A stretch of DNA of 64,000 nt from Alphaproteobacteria bacterium. GTDB taxonomy: Bacteria; Pseudomonadota; Alphaproteobacteria; UBA828. A model generated the notes under the pieces. It ran no database searches. It was not told where the DNA came from and saw only the letters and a list, made by a program, of their open reading frames with translations. Positions 19,907 to 29,993 of the stretch are shown here, in pieces. How positions within the stretch are numbered: position 1 is the stretch's first letter; each line of letters starts with the position of its first letter. Both the position numbers and the translations under genes were made by a program. Where the stretch lies: NCBI GenBank assembly GCA_965214705.1, contig OZ243972.1, forward strand, positions 2,272,001 through 2,336,000. The letters are read 5' to 3'.

Positions 19907-21394
19907 ATGGCCTTTCGCGTCGAAGAAGCCACCATCTCCGGTATCCACGCGGCTTATCGCTCGGGCGATCTGAGCGCAGCGGAGCTCGTGTCGCGTTATC
20001 TCGCGCGGATCGAAGCCTACGATCGAAACGGCCCCGCCCTGAACTCGGTCATCAACGTCAACCCGCGGGCGGTGGAAGAGGCCGAGGCGCTGGACAAGGC
20101 ATTCGCCGATGGCGGACTTGCCGGGCCGTTGCATGGCATTCCGGTGGTTGTAAAGGACCAGGTCGAGACGGCCGACATCATCACGACCTTCGGCTCGATC
20201 GCTGCGAAAGACTACCTGCCGGAGAAGGACGCGACGGCGATCAGGCTGATGCGCGAAGCCGGTGCGATCATCCTCGCGAAGACGGCGATGCCCGATTTCG
20301 CGACCTCGTGGTTCGGCTATTGCTCGGCCATCGGCGAGACCAAGAACCCTTATGATCTCGAACGCGATCCGGGTGGATCGAGCGGCGGGACGGGGTGCGC
20401 GGTCGCCGCGAATCTCGGCGCCATCGGCCTCGGCGAGGATACCGGGGGCTCCGCGCGCCTGCCGGCCTCGTTCGACAACCTGGTGGGGCTCAAGGTAACG
20501 CCGGGCCTGATCAGCCGGGCCGGCATGTCGCCGCTGGTCATCTTCCAGGACTCCGCCGGGCCGATGTGCCGCACCGTCACCGACACGGCCAAGCTGCTCC
20601 AGGTCATCGCCGGCTTCGACCCCGAAGACCCCTATACCTCGACCGCGCTGGTTGCCGGCAATACGGATTACGTGGCCTGCCTCGATAAGGACGCGTTATC
20701 GGGTAAGACCATCGGCGTGGTGCGCTCCGCCTTCGGCGACTCGTCAAACCCAAATGCGGCGGTGGTCAACGCGGTCATCGAGGATGCCCTTGGCGCGCTG
20801 AAGGGCGCGGGCGCGACCCTCGTCGATGTCGAAATCCCAGACCTCATGGACCACATCCTGTACTCGTCGCTCTACATCAATCATTCGCGGAGCGCGATCG
20901 ACGAGTTCATGGCGTCCCGCCCCTCGTTGGCGGCGGAAAGCGTACGCGCACTCATCGACACCAAGCAGTATCATCCGATGCTCGATCTGCTCGAAGAGAT
21001 CGCGGAGGGTCCGGAAGACCCCTATTCGGATCCGGAGTACTACCCACGCTACACGACCTCGGAGAAATTCCGGCGGATCGTGATCAATCAGATGGGCAAG
21101 GCCGGTGCGGCCGCACTGGTCTATCCGACCACCCAGGTGCAATCGCCACGGCGCGACGATCTCAACGCCGGGCAATGGAAGACACTCGAGTTCCCCACGA
21201 ACACCCTGATCGGCGCGCAGACCTGGATGCCGGCGATCAGCGTGCCAGCCGGCTTTACGTCGGGGGGTGTGCCGGTTGGCATGGAAATCCTGGGCTTGCC
21301 TTACCGCGAGGACGACCTGCTGGCGCTCGCCTATTCCTTCGAGCAGGCGACGCAACATCGCCGGGCGCCGGCCTCATCGCCGGAGCTCGCCTGA
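19907..21394 (+). CDS. Amidase signature family enzyme
   Basis: PVVVKD Lys, GGSSGG, EDTGGSARLPA Ser-cisSer-Lys triad; GGAGG RBS. Confidence 0.92.
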   Translation: MAFRVEEATISGIHAAYRSGDLSAAELVSRYLARIEAYDRNGPALNSVINVNPRAVEEAEALDKAFADGGLAGPLHGIPVVVKDQVETADIITTFGSIAAKDYLPEKDATAIRLMREAGAIILAKTAMPDFATSWFGYCSAIGETKNPYDLERDPGGSSGGTGCAVAANLGAIGLGEDTGGSARLPASFDNLVGLKVTPGLISRAGMSPLVIFQDSAGPMCRTVTDTAKLLQVIAGFDPEDPYTSTALVAGNTDYVACLDKDALSGKTIGVVRSAFGDSSNPNAAVVNAVIEDALGALKGAGATLVDVEIPDLMDHILYSSLYINHSRSAIDEFMASRPSLAAESVRALIDTKQYHPMLDLLEEIAEGPEDPYSDPEYYPRYTTSEKFRRIVINQMGKAGAAALVYPTTQVQSPRRDDLNAGQWKTLEFPTNTLIGAQTWMPAISVPAGFTSGGVPVGMEILGLPYREDDLLALAYSFEQATQHRRAPASSPELA

Positions 21395-21410
21395 CCGATA
21401 CGGCCCTGCC

Positions 21411-22430
21411 TCACGCGCCGGAGCGCGTCGCCACCCGGCGGGCGAGCACGTCGAGCGCGAGCGCGCCGACGATGATCGAGCCCTTTATGATGTCCTGATA
21501 GAAGACGTCGATGTCGAGCAGGACGAAGCCGTTTGAGATGGTGGCGATGATGCCGAGGCCCACGACAGTCCGCCACATCGAGCCGAAGCCGCCGGCAAGC
21601 GAAGTACCACCCACGACTACGATGGTCAGCACATCGAAGATGATGACCGGGTCCAGATTGGCCTGGGCCGAGTTGAGCTGGGATGCCGTGAGCGTGCCGG
21701 CGACGCCCATGCAGACGCCGGACAGCACGTAGGTGCTGCCGATCACGGTGCGGACGCGAATGCCGGAGAGCCGGCTCGCCTCCCGATTGCCGCCGACCGC
21801 GTAGATCGCCTCGCCGTAGACGGTCTTGGCGAGCACCAGCCCGCCAACCAGGAGGAAGGCGATCAGCATCATCCCTGAAAAGGGAAAGCCGTGCCAGCGG
21901 CCGGCGCCGAGATCGCCGAAGGCCATGTCGGGCACCACGAACGCGGCGTTCTTCGTGACCACGTAAGTGACGCCGCCCAGGATGAATCCCGTTCCCACCG
22001 TGGTGATGAACGGGTTGATGTTGACGCCGACCACGAGCACCGCGTTGAGCAGGCCGACGAAGAATCCCGCCGCGATGGCGGCGAGAAACGCGTAGGCCGG
22101 GTCCACCAGGATGCCGACCCCGGCGGCGACCACCGCGCAGAGCGAGTAGCCCGACGCGATGGAGAGATCGAAGCCGCCGGTCAGGATGACGTAGGTCATG
22201 CCCACCGCCATGATCCCGGCCGGCGCCCACTGGGACAGCATGTTGAAGATGTTGCCTTGGGAGAGGAACGCGGGATTGCCGATGGAGACGACGATGACCA
22301 GGATCACGAAGGCGACGATGATCCCGTAGGTGCGGAAGGCAACGCCGCCGTACCGCCGCAGCAGGTTCGCGCCCCGTTCGGCACGGCTCTCGGGCGCGTC
22401 CGGCGGCAGCGAGGGCGGGCTCTCGGTCAT
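21411..22430 (-). CDS. ABC transporter permease (RbsC/CUT2 type)
   Basis: GGFDLS, PFITTVG, YAVGGNREASRLSGI, VVGGTSLAGG. Confidence 0.93.
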   Translation of the reverse strand: MTESPPSLPPDAPESRAERGANLLRRYGGVAFRTYGIIVAFVILVIVVSIGNPAFLSQGNIFNMLSQWAPAGIMAVGMTYVILTGGFDLSIASGYSLCAVVAAGVGILVDPAYAFLAAIAAGFFVGLLNAVLVVGVNINPFITTVGTGFILGGVTYVVTKNAAFVVPDMAFGDLGAGRWHGFPFSGMMLIAFLLVGGLVLAKTVYGEAIYAVGGNREASRLSGIRVRTVIGSTYVLSGVCMGVAGTLTASQLNSAQANLDPVIIFDVLTIVVVGGTSLAGGFGSMWRTVVGLGIIATISNGFVLLDIDVFYQDIIKGSIIVGALALDVLARRVATRSGA

Positions 22431-23968
22431 GCCGCAGCCTCCCCCTCCACGCCGAAGGTCATGGCGAGGACACGCTCCAGGGACAGCTCCCCGCGCTCCA
22501 GAATCGCGGCCTGCTGTCCCTTGGCCAGCACCAGCACCCGGTCGGCCAGCTCGACCACCTCCTCCAGCTCCGACGACACCATGACGATGGCCATGCCCTC
22601 GTCGGCGAGGCGGCGCATCACGGCGAACATCTCGCCCTTCGCGCCCACATCAATGCCCCGCGTTGGTTCATCCATGAGGAGGACCCGAGGCCGGCGATGA
22701 AGCCACTTGCCGACGACGAGCTTCTGTTGATTGCCGCCGGAGAGCGTGCCCGTCAGTGCTCCGAGCCGACGCGGATCGAAGGCAAGCGAGGCGGCGATGG
22801 TCTCCGCCGCGGATTTGCGTCGCCCGCTGCGCACGATCGCGCCGGGCGCGAGGCCGCGCATGTCCGTCATCGTGACGTTCACGAAGCCGTTCTGGCTTAG
22901 CACCAGCCCCTGTCCCTTGCGGTCTTCGGGTGCGAGCGCGATCCCGAGCGCCAATGCGCGCCCGACGGTGCGCGGCAGGGGTTGCGTGCGGCCGTCGATG
23001 GTGAGCGTCCCGCTGGCACCGGGTTGGGTGCCGGCCAGCGCGCGCAGGAGCTCGGTCCTCCCGGAACCCACCAGCCCCGCAATCCCGAAGATTTCGCCAG
23101 CGTGGAGGACGAACGAGATATCCTGCAGCTTGCCGGGCACCGAGACGCCCTCGACGCGCAACAGTTCCTCAACCTCGGCGGCGTGACGGCGGGAGGGCGG
23201 CGCGCGCAGTTCCGTCCCCAACATGGTGTTGACCAGCTTCTCCTTGTCCCAGGCATCGACGTCGGCGGTGGCGACCATCTCCCCGTCGCGCAGGACCGAA
23301 ACGCGGTCAGACAACCTGATCACCTCGTCAAGGTCGTGGGAGATATAGATGACCGACGCGCGCTCGTCCCGGAGCCGCCCCACCGTCTCGTAAAGACGCT
23401 CGCGTTCGTTGGGCCCGAGGGACGCCGTGGGCTCGTCCATGATGAGGATGCGATGGTCGGCCTGCAGCGCCCGCATGATCTCGAGCATCTGCTGGTTCGC
23501 CACCGAGAGATCGCCCGCACGGGCGCCGGGGGGGATGTCGACCCCGAGACGGTCGCCTAGTTCCCGAAAGCGCTGTTCCATGGCGCGGCGTTTGACCATG
23601 GGGCCTCGCCGCATGGGGCGCCCGAGAAAGACGTTCGAGGCCGCGGACATGTCCGCGACGACGGTGAGTTCCTGGTAAATGGCAGCGACACCGGCGCGCT
23701 GCTGGGCGCGCGGGCCGTGCTGCTCGACCGGTTCGCCGAAAATCTCCACGCTGCCGCTATCCGCGGTATAGGCGCCGGTGAGAATCTTGATCAGCGTCGA
23801 CTTGCCGGCGCCGTTCTCGCCGACGAGGCCATGGACCTCGCCCTCGTGGAGCACGAAGTCGACGTCCTTCAGCGCCTGGACGCCTGGAAACGCCTTCGAG
23901 ACCCGCTCGACGCGGATGGCGTCAAGTTCGGCGGACGATGTCACGGGCGGGTCGATCCGTGCCTCCAC
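22427..23968 (-). CDS. Tandem ABC ATPase (RbsA type)
   Basis: GENGAGKS, DEPT, LSGGNQQK, DEPTRGIDVGAK. Confidence 0.95.
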   Translation of the reverse strand: MEARIDPPVTSSAELDAIRVERVSKAFPGVQALKDVDFVLHEGEVHGLVGENGAGKSTLIKILTGAYTADSGSVEIFGEPVEQHGPRAQQRAGVAAIYQELTVVADMSAASNVFLGRPMRRGPMVKRRAMEQRFRELGDRLGVDIPPGARAGDLSVANQQMLEIMRALQADHRILIMDEPTASLGPNERERLYETVGRLRDERASVIYISHDLDEVIRLSDRVSVLRDGEMVATADVDAWDKEKLVNTMLGTELRAPPSRRHAAEVEELLRVEGVSVPGKLQDISFVLHAGEIFGIAGLVGSGRTELLRALAGTQPGASGTLTIDGRTQPLPRTVGRALALGIALAPEDRKGQGLVLSQNGFVNVTMTDMRGLAPGAIVRSGRRKSAAETIAASLAFDPRRLGALTGTLSGGNQQKLVVGKWLHRRPRVLLMDEPTRGIDVGAKGEMFAVMRRLADEGMAIVMVSSELEEVVELADRVLVLAKGQQAAILERGELSLERVLAMTFGVEGEAAA

Positions 23969-23978
23969 TCGTCATCGC

Positions 23979-24005
23979 GTCACGACCGGGCTTGTCCCGG
24001 TCGTG
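23979..24005. repeat. REP-like palindrome
   Basis: CACGACCGGG-CTTGT-CCCGGTCGTG perfect 10-bp stem; resembles the alphaproteobacterial GTCATGGCCGGGCTTGTCCCGGCCATC repeat as I recall it. Confidence 0.5.
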
Positions 24006-24015
24006 GAAGGGTCGC

Positions 24016-24042
24016 GGGGGCGGGTCTAGCATCCCCGCCCCC
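24016..24042 (-). other. Stem-loop just 3' of the SBP gene
   Basis: GGGGGCGGG / CCCGCCCCC 9-bp stem about 15 nt after the stop codon. Confidence 0.5.
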
Positions 24043-24056
24043 AAAGCATGGCGCCC

Positions 24057-25145
24057 TTAGTACTTAGGTTCGGTCATCGTGTCGGCGTTTTCCTTGGTGA
24101 TGATGATCGTGCCGGGGCCGTCCGCCACCGCCGGCAGGTCCGCTTCGTTGATGTAGCCGTTGATCGGCTCGCCCTCGAGCGCGGCGATCAGCGCAACGGC
24201 GGCGTAGTAGGACTCCTCCCAGGGGAGCAACACCGTCGTCTCGTTGTAGGTGCCGGCCTTCACCTTGGCGATGCCATCCTTGGTCGCACCGATGGAATAG
24301 ATGCGGATGTCCGTGCCCGGTGTCTTGCCGGCAGCCTCGACCGCCTGCTCGACGCCACGCGACATGTCGTCCCATGACGAGAGAATCACCGTGATGTCGG
24401 GATGCGCGAGCAGCGCGTTCTGGATCTTCTCGAGCGCCACGCGCGGGTCGAAGTTCGCCGGCTGGTCCACGACGATCTCGGCATTCGGGAACTTCTCCGC
24501 GCCCTGTTGGATGGCCTTCTCCCAGAAGCCGAACAGGTCGGAGCCGACGAAACCGCCGACCGCCGCGACCTTGCAGGGCTCCGTGCAGGACGCCAGCGCG
24601 TGATCGACGTGCGCGTTGTAGTAGGCCTGTCGCTGCATGGTGACCGTCGCCGCCAGCCCCTCGGAATAGTCGGCGTCTTCGCACATGGGCAGATCGAGCG
24701 AGACAGTGGGCTCGTCGAGCGGCTGCAAATGGCGCTTCCACATCGAGCAGGCGGGCGCGGCCGCCGTCGGCGCGAACAGGTAGCCGTCGAAGCCCTCGGT
24801 GATCGCGTTCTGCACCTGCTTGATCTGCGTCGCCGGATTGAAGTTGGCGGCGAAGCGCTTGTATGTGAAGCCGTACTTCTGCGCCGCCGCTTCAAGGCCC
24901 GCGCGCCGTGCCGAGCAATAGGGGTTCTGGCCGCACTCGGACAGATAGGCGATCCGGTAGGCTTTCGACGGCGTGATGTTTCGCGCATCGAACTCCAGAA
25001 TCTTCTTGGCGTTCGCGACGGGGTCGTCCGCTGCCGAAGGCGTGGCGCCAAGCCCCGCGAGCAGTGCGACGCCCATTCCAATCGCGACGGCCGCCGTCAA
25101 CGGACCCCTCAGCGCCCGACGCATTTTGTTACCCAGCTTCACCAT
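24057..25145 (-). CDS. Sugar-type ABC substrate-binding protein (Peripla_BP_4), Cys-rich
   Basis: Signal peptide, QIKQVQNAITEGFDG, DDMSRGV; GGGAGG RBS. Confidence 0.88.
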   Translation of the reverse strand: MVKLGNKMRRALRGPLTAAVAIGMGVALLAGLGATPSAADDPVANAKKILEFDARNITPSKAYRIAYLSECGQNPYCSARRAGLEAAAQKYGFTYKRFAANFNPATQIKQVQNAITEGFDGYLFAPTAAAPACSMWKRHLQPLDEPTVSLDLPMCEDADYSEGLAATVTMQRQAYYNAHVDHALASCTEPCKVAAVGGFVGSDLFGFWEKAIQQGAEKFPNAEIVVDQPANFDPRVALEKIQNALLAHPDITVILSSWDDMSRGVEQAVEAAGKTPGTDIRIYSIGATKDGIAKVKAGTYNETTVLLPWEESYYAAVALIAALEGEPINGYINEADLPAVADGPGTIIITKENADTMTEPKY

Positions 25146-25387
25146 GACATTACCTCCCTGGTTGAGATGGCCCCGATCGACCGAGCAAAGCCTGCGGGCA
25201 TCGGAGATCGACCGGGGGCCAACGCACATACTGTCCAAGGTACCCCATTCGCTTACGGCCCGCGAGCGCCGCAGCCCCAAGGAGACTTTTGATGCGGCCC
25301 ATACGCACGCCTGCCGTCGGTTGGACCCAGGCCGACACGGATCATAAGGTAGCGGGCGGACGGGAGCGGTCGAGAAGGACGAAGCTC

Positions 25388-27172
25388 ATGGACGGTGTGC
25401 GCCTCGCGATCCTGAACAAGCGCTTCGAGGGCATCTGCCGGAAGATGGCCAACACGCTGTTCCGCACCGGGCGCTCCGGCGTGCTCAACACGGCGCGCGA
25501 CTTCTCCTGCTGCATCGTCACTGCCGACTGCGACCTGCTGGCGACCGCCGAGAGCCTGCCGATCCACGTGCTGAGCGGCCCCGACCTGATGGCCGCCTCG
25601 ATGAAGGAGTTTCACCCGGCGCTACAGCGGGGCGATGCCTTCCTGCACAACTCGCCCTACCACGGCTGCTCGCACCCGGCCGATCACACGATTCTGGTGC
25701 CGGTGATCGACGACGACGGGCGCCACCGCTTCACGGTGCTCGCCAAGGCGCATCAGGCCGATTGCGGCAACTCCATCGCCACCACCTATCACGGCAGCGC
25801 CCGCGACGTGTACGAGGAGGGTGCGCTGATCTTCCCGGCAGTGCAGGTGCAGCGCGGCTACGAGACCATCGAAGACATCGTCCGCATGTGCCGCATGCGC
25901 ATTCGCGTGCCGGACCAGTGGTGGGGCGACTTCCTCGCCATGCTGGGTGCAGCCCGGGTGGGCGAGCGGGAAGTGCTCGCACTTGCCGACGAGGTCGGCT
26001 GGGAGACGCTGGATGGCTTCGCGGCCGAGTGGTTCGACTACAGCGAGCGGCGCATGGTGGAGGCGCTGAAGGGATTGCCCGCCGGCAGCCTCACCGTCGG
26101 CAGCACTCACGATCCCATACCCGGCGCGCCCGAGGGCGTGAGAGTCAATGTCTCCATACGGGTCGACCCGGTTGAGGCGCAGATCGGGGTCGATCTGCGG
26201 GACAACGCCGATTCCCTCCCATTCGGGCTCAACATGAGCGAGGCCTGCGCGCGCACCTCGGCGATGGTGGGCATCTTCAACGCGCTGCCACACACCGTGC
26301 CGCCCAACGCCGGCGCCTTCCGCCGCATCGACGTGAAGCTCAGGCAAGGCTGCGTCGTGGGCATCCCCGAGCATCCGACCTCGTGCTCGGTCGCCACCAC
26401 CAACGTCGCCGACCACATCGCGAACGGCGTGCAGCGCGCCATCGCCGAGCTCGGCGACGGGCACGGCATGGCCGAGGTCGGCGGCGTGATCCCGCCGAGC
26501 TGTGGTGTGATCTCGGGCACCGACCCGCGCAGCGGCGCGCCGTTCGTGAACCAGGTCTTCCTCGGCTTCGGTGCGGGTGCGGCGGCGCCCGAGACGGACG
26601 CCTGGATCGCCATCGCCCACGTCGGCAACGCCGGTCTCTGCTACCAGGATTCAATCGAGGTCGACGAGATGGTCTTCCCCATCACCGTGAAGGGCCGCCA
26701 CTTCATCACCGACAGCGGCGGTGCCGGGCGCCAGCGCGGCGGGGCAGGGGCCTTCGTCGAGTTCGGCCCGGTGGAGGGCTGCCGGCTCGAGGTGGGCTAT
26801 GTCAGCAATGGCGCAGTCAACCCGGCGAACGGCGCGCGCGGCGGCGGCCAGGGCGCCGTCGCCCGTCAATACCGCCGCAACCACAATGGCGAGCTGGTGG
26901 CCCTGGACGCCTGCGCCCAGGTGGCCGTTGCACCGGGCGAGACGATGGTCTCGATCTCAGCCGGGGGCGGCGGTTACGCAGCGCCCTATACCCGGGAGCC
27001 CGAGCGCGTCGCCCACGACGTGCGAGAGAAGTGGGTTTCTCCCGAAGCTGCCCGAGACATCTACCGCGTGGCCCTTGATAGCGCTGGCAACGTCGACGAT
27101 GCCGACACGCACCGGCTCAGGGCCGCGGCCGCAGCAGAGTCCGGCGCTCGGGTGCAGACTGCGGCGGAGTGA
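25388..27172 (+). CDS. Hydantoinase B/oxoprolinase family subunit
   Basis: RDFSCCI, HNSPYHGCSHPADH, HQADCG, DSGGAGRQRGG, GGGGY. Confidence 0.9.
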   Translation: MDGVRLAILNKRFEGICRKMANTLFRTGRSGVLNTARDFSCCIVTADCDLLATAESLPIHVLSGPDLMAASMKEFHPALQRGDAFLHNSPYHGCSHPADHTILVPVIDDDGRHRFTVLAKAHQADCGNSIATTYHGSARDVYEEGALIFPAVQVQRGYETIEDIVRMCRMRIRVPDQWWGDFLAMLGAARVGEREVLALADEVGWETLDGFAAEWFDYSERRMVEALKGLPAGSLTVGSTHDPIPGAPEGVRVNVSIRVDPVEAQIGVDLRDNADSLPFGLNMSEACARTSAMVGIFNALPHTVPPNAGAFRRIDVKLRQGCVVGIPEHPTSCSVATTNVADHIANGVQRAIAELGDGHGMAEVGGVIPPSCGVISGTDPRSGAPFVNQVFLGFGAGAAAPETDAWIAIAHVGNAGLCYQDSIEVDEMVFPITVKGRHFITDSGGAGRQRGGAGAFVEFGPVEGCRLEVGYVSNGAVNPANGARGGGQGAVARQYRRNHNGELVALDACAQVAVAPGETMVSISAGGGGYAAPYTREPERVAHDVREKWVSPEAARDIYRVALDSAGNVDDADTHRLRAAAAAESGARVQTAAE

Positions 27173-27181
27173 CCCCCGCGC

Positions 27182-28150
27182 TTACGCGTCGGCCTTGGGG
27201 CGCACCTCCTCGGCGAACCCGGTGATGACGTCGAGGGTTTCCTCGAGGGTCTCGCGCAGGACCTGGATCGCGAGGTGGCGCACCCCGAGTTCGCGCATCG
27301 CCCGGATGTCGCCCGCGATGTCGTCCGCCGAGCCCGTGAGCAGCATCCGCTCGCCCGTGTCGGTGATGATCGGCTCCGCGCTGGCGCCGTACCACACGGC
27401 CCAGAAGGCGATGTCGATGCTGGCCGGGTCGCGGCCCTCCGCCTCCGCCATGGCGCGCAAATCGTCGAGGCCGGCGGCGAAGCGCCCAAGCGTGTCCATC
27501 GGGAAGCGCGGGTTGCAGCCGATCGGGAACCAGGCGTCGCCGTAGCGCACGGTCCGCCGCTTGGCCGGCTTGCTCTCGCCGCCGACCCAGATCGGCGGAT
27601 GCGGCTTCTGCACCGGCTTCGGATGGAACAGGATGTTGTCGAACGACGTGAACTCGCCCTCGTACTTGGGCGCGTCGGCGGTCCAGAGCTCCTTGTAGAT
27701 GCGCAGGTATTCGTCGGTCGCCCGGCCTCGGGCCTCGAAGGGCGGCGCATCCACCGGCGGGAACTCCTCGGCCATCCAGCCGGCGCCGACGCCCACCACC
27801 GCGCGCCCGCCCGAGAGCAGATCGATGGTGGAGAGAAGCTTCGCCGTCAGAACCGGTTGCCGGTAGGGGACCACCATCACCGAGGTGAGCAGCCGCATCT
27901 CTTTGGTGACACCCGCGAGATAGGCCATCAGCGCGAGCGGCTCCAGGCATTCTCCGGCGAGCAGGGTGGGGAAGTTGAGCGTGCCGTCGGGCGAGTAGGG
28001 GTAAGGCGAATCAATGCCCTTGGGCACCACGATGTGATCCGGAATCGCGAGGATTCGGTAACCCAATTTTTCGCCATGCTGGGCGAGGGTCGCGATGTGT
28101 TCCGGCACGGCCAGCGGCCCGCCGTTGGGTACGTTGAAGCCGTATTCCAT
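27182..28150 (-). CDS. LLM-class (putative F420-dependent) oxidoreductase
   Basis: IPDHIVVP, LSGGR..GVGAGWMAEEF, PKPVQKPHPPIWVGGES. Confidence 0.9.
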   Translation of the reverse strand: MEYGFNVPNGGPLAVPEHIATLAQHGEKLGYRILAIPDHIVVPKGIDSPYPYSPDGTLNFPTLLAGECLEPLALMAYLAGVTKEMRLLTSVMVVPYRQPVLTAKLLSTIDLLSGGRAVVGVGAGWMAEEFPPVDAPPFEARGRATDEYLRIYKELWTADAPKYEGEFTSFDNILFHPKPVQKPHPPIWVGGESKPAKRRTVRYGDAWFPIGCNPRFPMDTLGRFAAGLDDLRAMAEAEGRDPASIDIAFWAVWYGASAEPIITDTGERMLLTGSADDIAGDIRAMRELGVRHLAIQVLRETLEETLDVITGFAEEVRPKADA

Positions 28151-28275
28151 TCCCCTAATCCCGTCAGGTCTGATGATTGCCGCGACATTGCGGCCCGGTA
28201 GGCAGAGAGAGCGGTTCTAGCGTCATCCTGAGGGGTGCGGCAAGGATCGATCCCGGCGGTAGGCCGCCGGCGGGT

Positions 28276-29262
28276 TCACACGTAGCCGTTGGCCTGAAAC
28301 CAGCAGAGCGCGTCGGCCAGTGCCCGTTCGGCGGGGCGCGCCGTGTAGCCGAGCTCGCGCTCGGCCTTGGCGGACGAGAAGAACATCATCTTGCGCGCCA
28401 TGCGCAGGCTGTCGCGGGTGAGCCGCGGCTCCCCGCCCGCGACGCGCGCCCAGGCTTCGCCGGCAGCGGCCACCGGCGCGAGCAGCCGGTGCGAGAGTCG
28501 GATACGCGGGGCGGGGCGCCCCGTGAGCCGCGCGAGGCACTCAAGAATCTCCCGGAGCGTCATGTCCTCGCCGCCCAGGATGTAGCGCTCCCCCACGGCC
28601 CCACGCTCCAGCGCCTGCAGGTGGCCGGCAGCGCAGTCATCCACGTGGACCACGTTGAGGCCGGTATCGACATAGGCCGGCATCCGGCCGGTCGCGAAGT
28701 CGACGATGATCCGCCCGGTGGGCGTCGGCTTGATGTCGCGCGGGCCGATGGGTGCCGAGGGGTTGACGATCACCGCCGGCACCGCCTCGTCGCGAACCAG
28801 CGCGCGCACCGCCTCCTCCGCCAGATACTTGGAGCGCTTGTAGTGGCCGATCATGGCGGCCTCGGTCACGGGCGTCTCCTCGTCGGCCGGCGAATGGTCC
28901 GCGTTGAGGCCGAGCGTGGCGACGCTCGAGGTGTAGACGATGCGCGTGGCACCGGCGGCGGCGGTGGCGCGCAGCAGGTCGCGGGTGCCGTCAACGTTGG
29001 TGCGATAGATCGCGGGCGGGTCGGGAATCCAGAGCCGATAGTCGGCTGCCACGTGGAAGAGCGTGTCGCAGCCCTGCGCGGCCTTCTCCAGCGAGGCGCG
29101 GTCATTGAGGTCGCCGATTGCCCGCTCCACATCAAGGCCATCGATGTTGCGCATATCGGCTCCCTGCCGCGTCAGCACGCGTACCGCGTGGCCAGCGTCG
29201 AGCAGCGCGCGGGCGACGGCGGAGCCAAGAAAGCCGGTCGCACCTGTGACGAGCGTGGTCAT
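28276..29262 (-). CDS. hpnA: NAD-dependent epimerase/dehydratase, HpnA-like
   Basis: TGATGFLG, FHVAADYRLW, YKRSK, GPRDIKPTPTGRII, PAYVDTGLN. Confidence 0.85.
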   Translation of the reverse strand: MTTLVTGATGFLGSAVARALLDAGHAVRVLTRQGADMRNIDGLDVERAIGDLNDRASLEKAAQGCDTLFHVAADYRLWIPDPPAIYRTNVDGTRDLLRATAAAGATRIVYTSSVATLGLNADHSPADEETPVTEAAMIGHYKRSKYLAEEAVRALVRDEAVPAVIVNPSAPIGPRDIKPTPTGRIIVDFATGRMPAYVDTGLNVVHVDDCAAGHLQALERGAVGERYILGGEDMTLREILECLARLTGRPAPRIRLSHRLLAPVAAAGEAWARVAGGEPRLTRDSLRMARKMMFFSSAKAERELGYTARPAERALADALCWFQANGYV

Positions 29263-29942
29263 GACGGGGCCTCCGGCGGCTTGCCGAACAGCAGCCCGCG
29301 CTCCTTCCAGGCAAGCCAAACCACGTAGAGCGGCGGTAGCGCGACGCCGGCGAGCAGCAACACGATCAGACCGCCGCCCCAGGTGATGGGACCGATGAAA
29401 TACATCGCGTCCTCCAGGTGGATTCCCTTGAACATCGGCTGCCGTGCCTGGCGCGTGCCGGCGCGCTGCTCGATCCGCCAGAACATGAGGAAGAGTGCCG
29501 AGACCGAGACCCCGGCGATCAGCCCGAGATAGGGCGCCCAGCTGCCGATCCAGCTGTCCTGCAGGCCAATGCCGATGCAGACGAAGAGCGTCACGTGGAT
29601 GAAGGCGTCGGAGTAGTTGTCGTAGTGATAGCCGAAGCGGCTGGACTTGCCGGAGAGCCGCGCCAGCTCGCCGTCCATGTGATCGACGAAGTTGGAGAGC
29701 ATGAAGAGCCCGGCGGCGTAGAGAATCTCTGGCCGCGTGCCCATCGCGAAGAGGCCGCAGGCTGCGAGCCCGAGAAGAAGCCTGACCGTGGTGATGTGGT
29801 TCGGCGTGACCGGGGTATGCACGAGCGGCCGCACCATCCAGCGGGCGAGCCGCTGATCCCAGGCCAGGCGCGGCTTTGCCTTGGCGGGAGCGGCGCTCTC
29901 GCCGCTGCCCTCGTCGCTTTCGCCCATCTTGCGTTCGACCAT
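29259..29942 (-). CDS. CDP-alcohol phosphotransferase family protein
   Basis: TPNHIT and DHMDGELAR...G...D...D signature. Confidence 0.9.
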   Translation of the reverse strand: MVERKMGESDEGSGESAAPAKAKPRLAWDQRLARWMVRPLVHTPVTPNHITTVRLLLGLAACGLFAMGTRPEILYAAGLFMLSNFVDHMDGELARLSGKSSRFGYHYDNYSDAFIHVTLFVCIGIGLQDSWIGSWAPYLGLIAGVSVSALFLMFWRIEQRAGTRQARQPMFKGIHLEDAMYFIGPITWGGGLIVLLLAGVALPPLYVVWLAWKERGLLFGKPPEAPS

Positions 29943-29993
29943 GGGCCGTCATATAGCCCGAAACGGGGCTATGACAACGCCGGACATTCCGCC

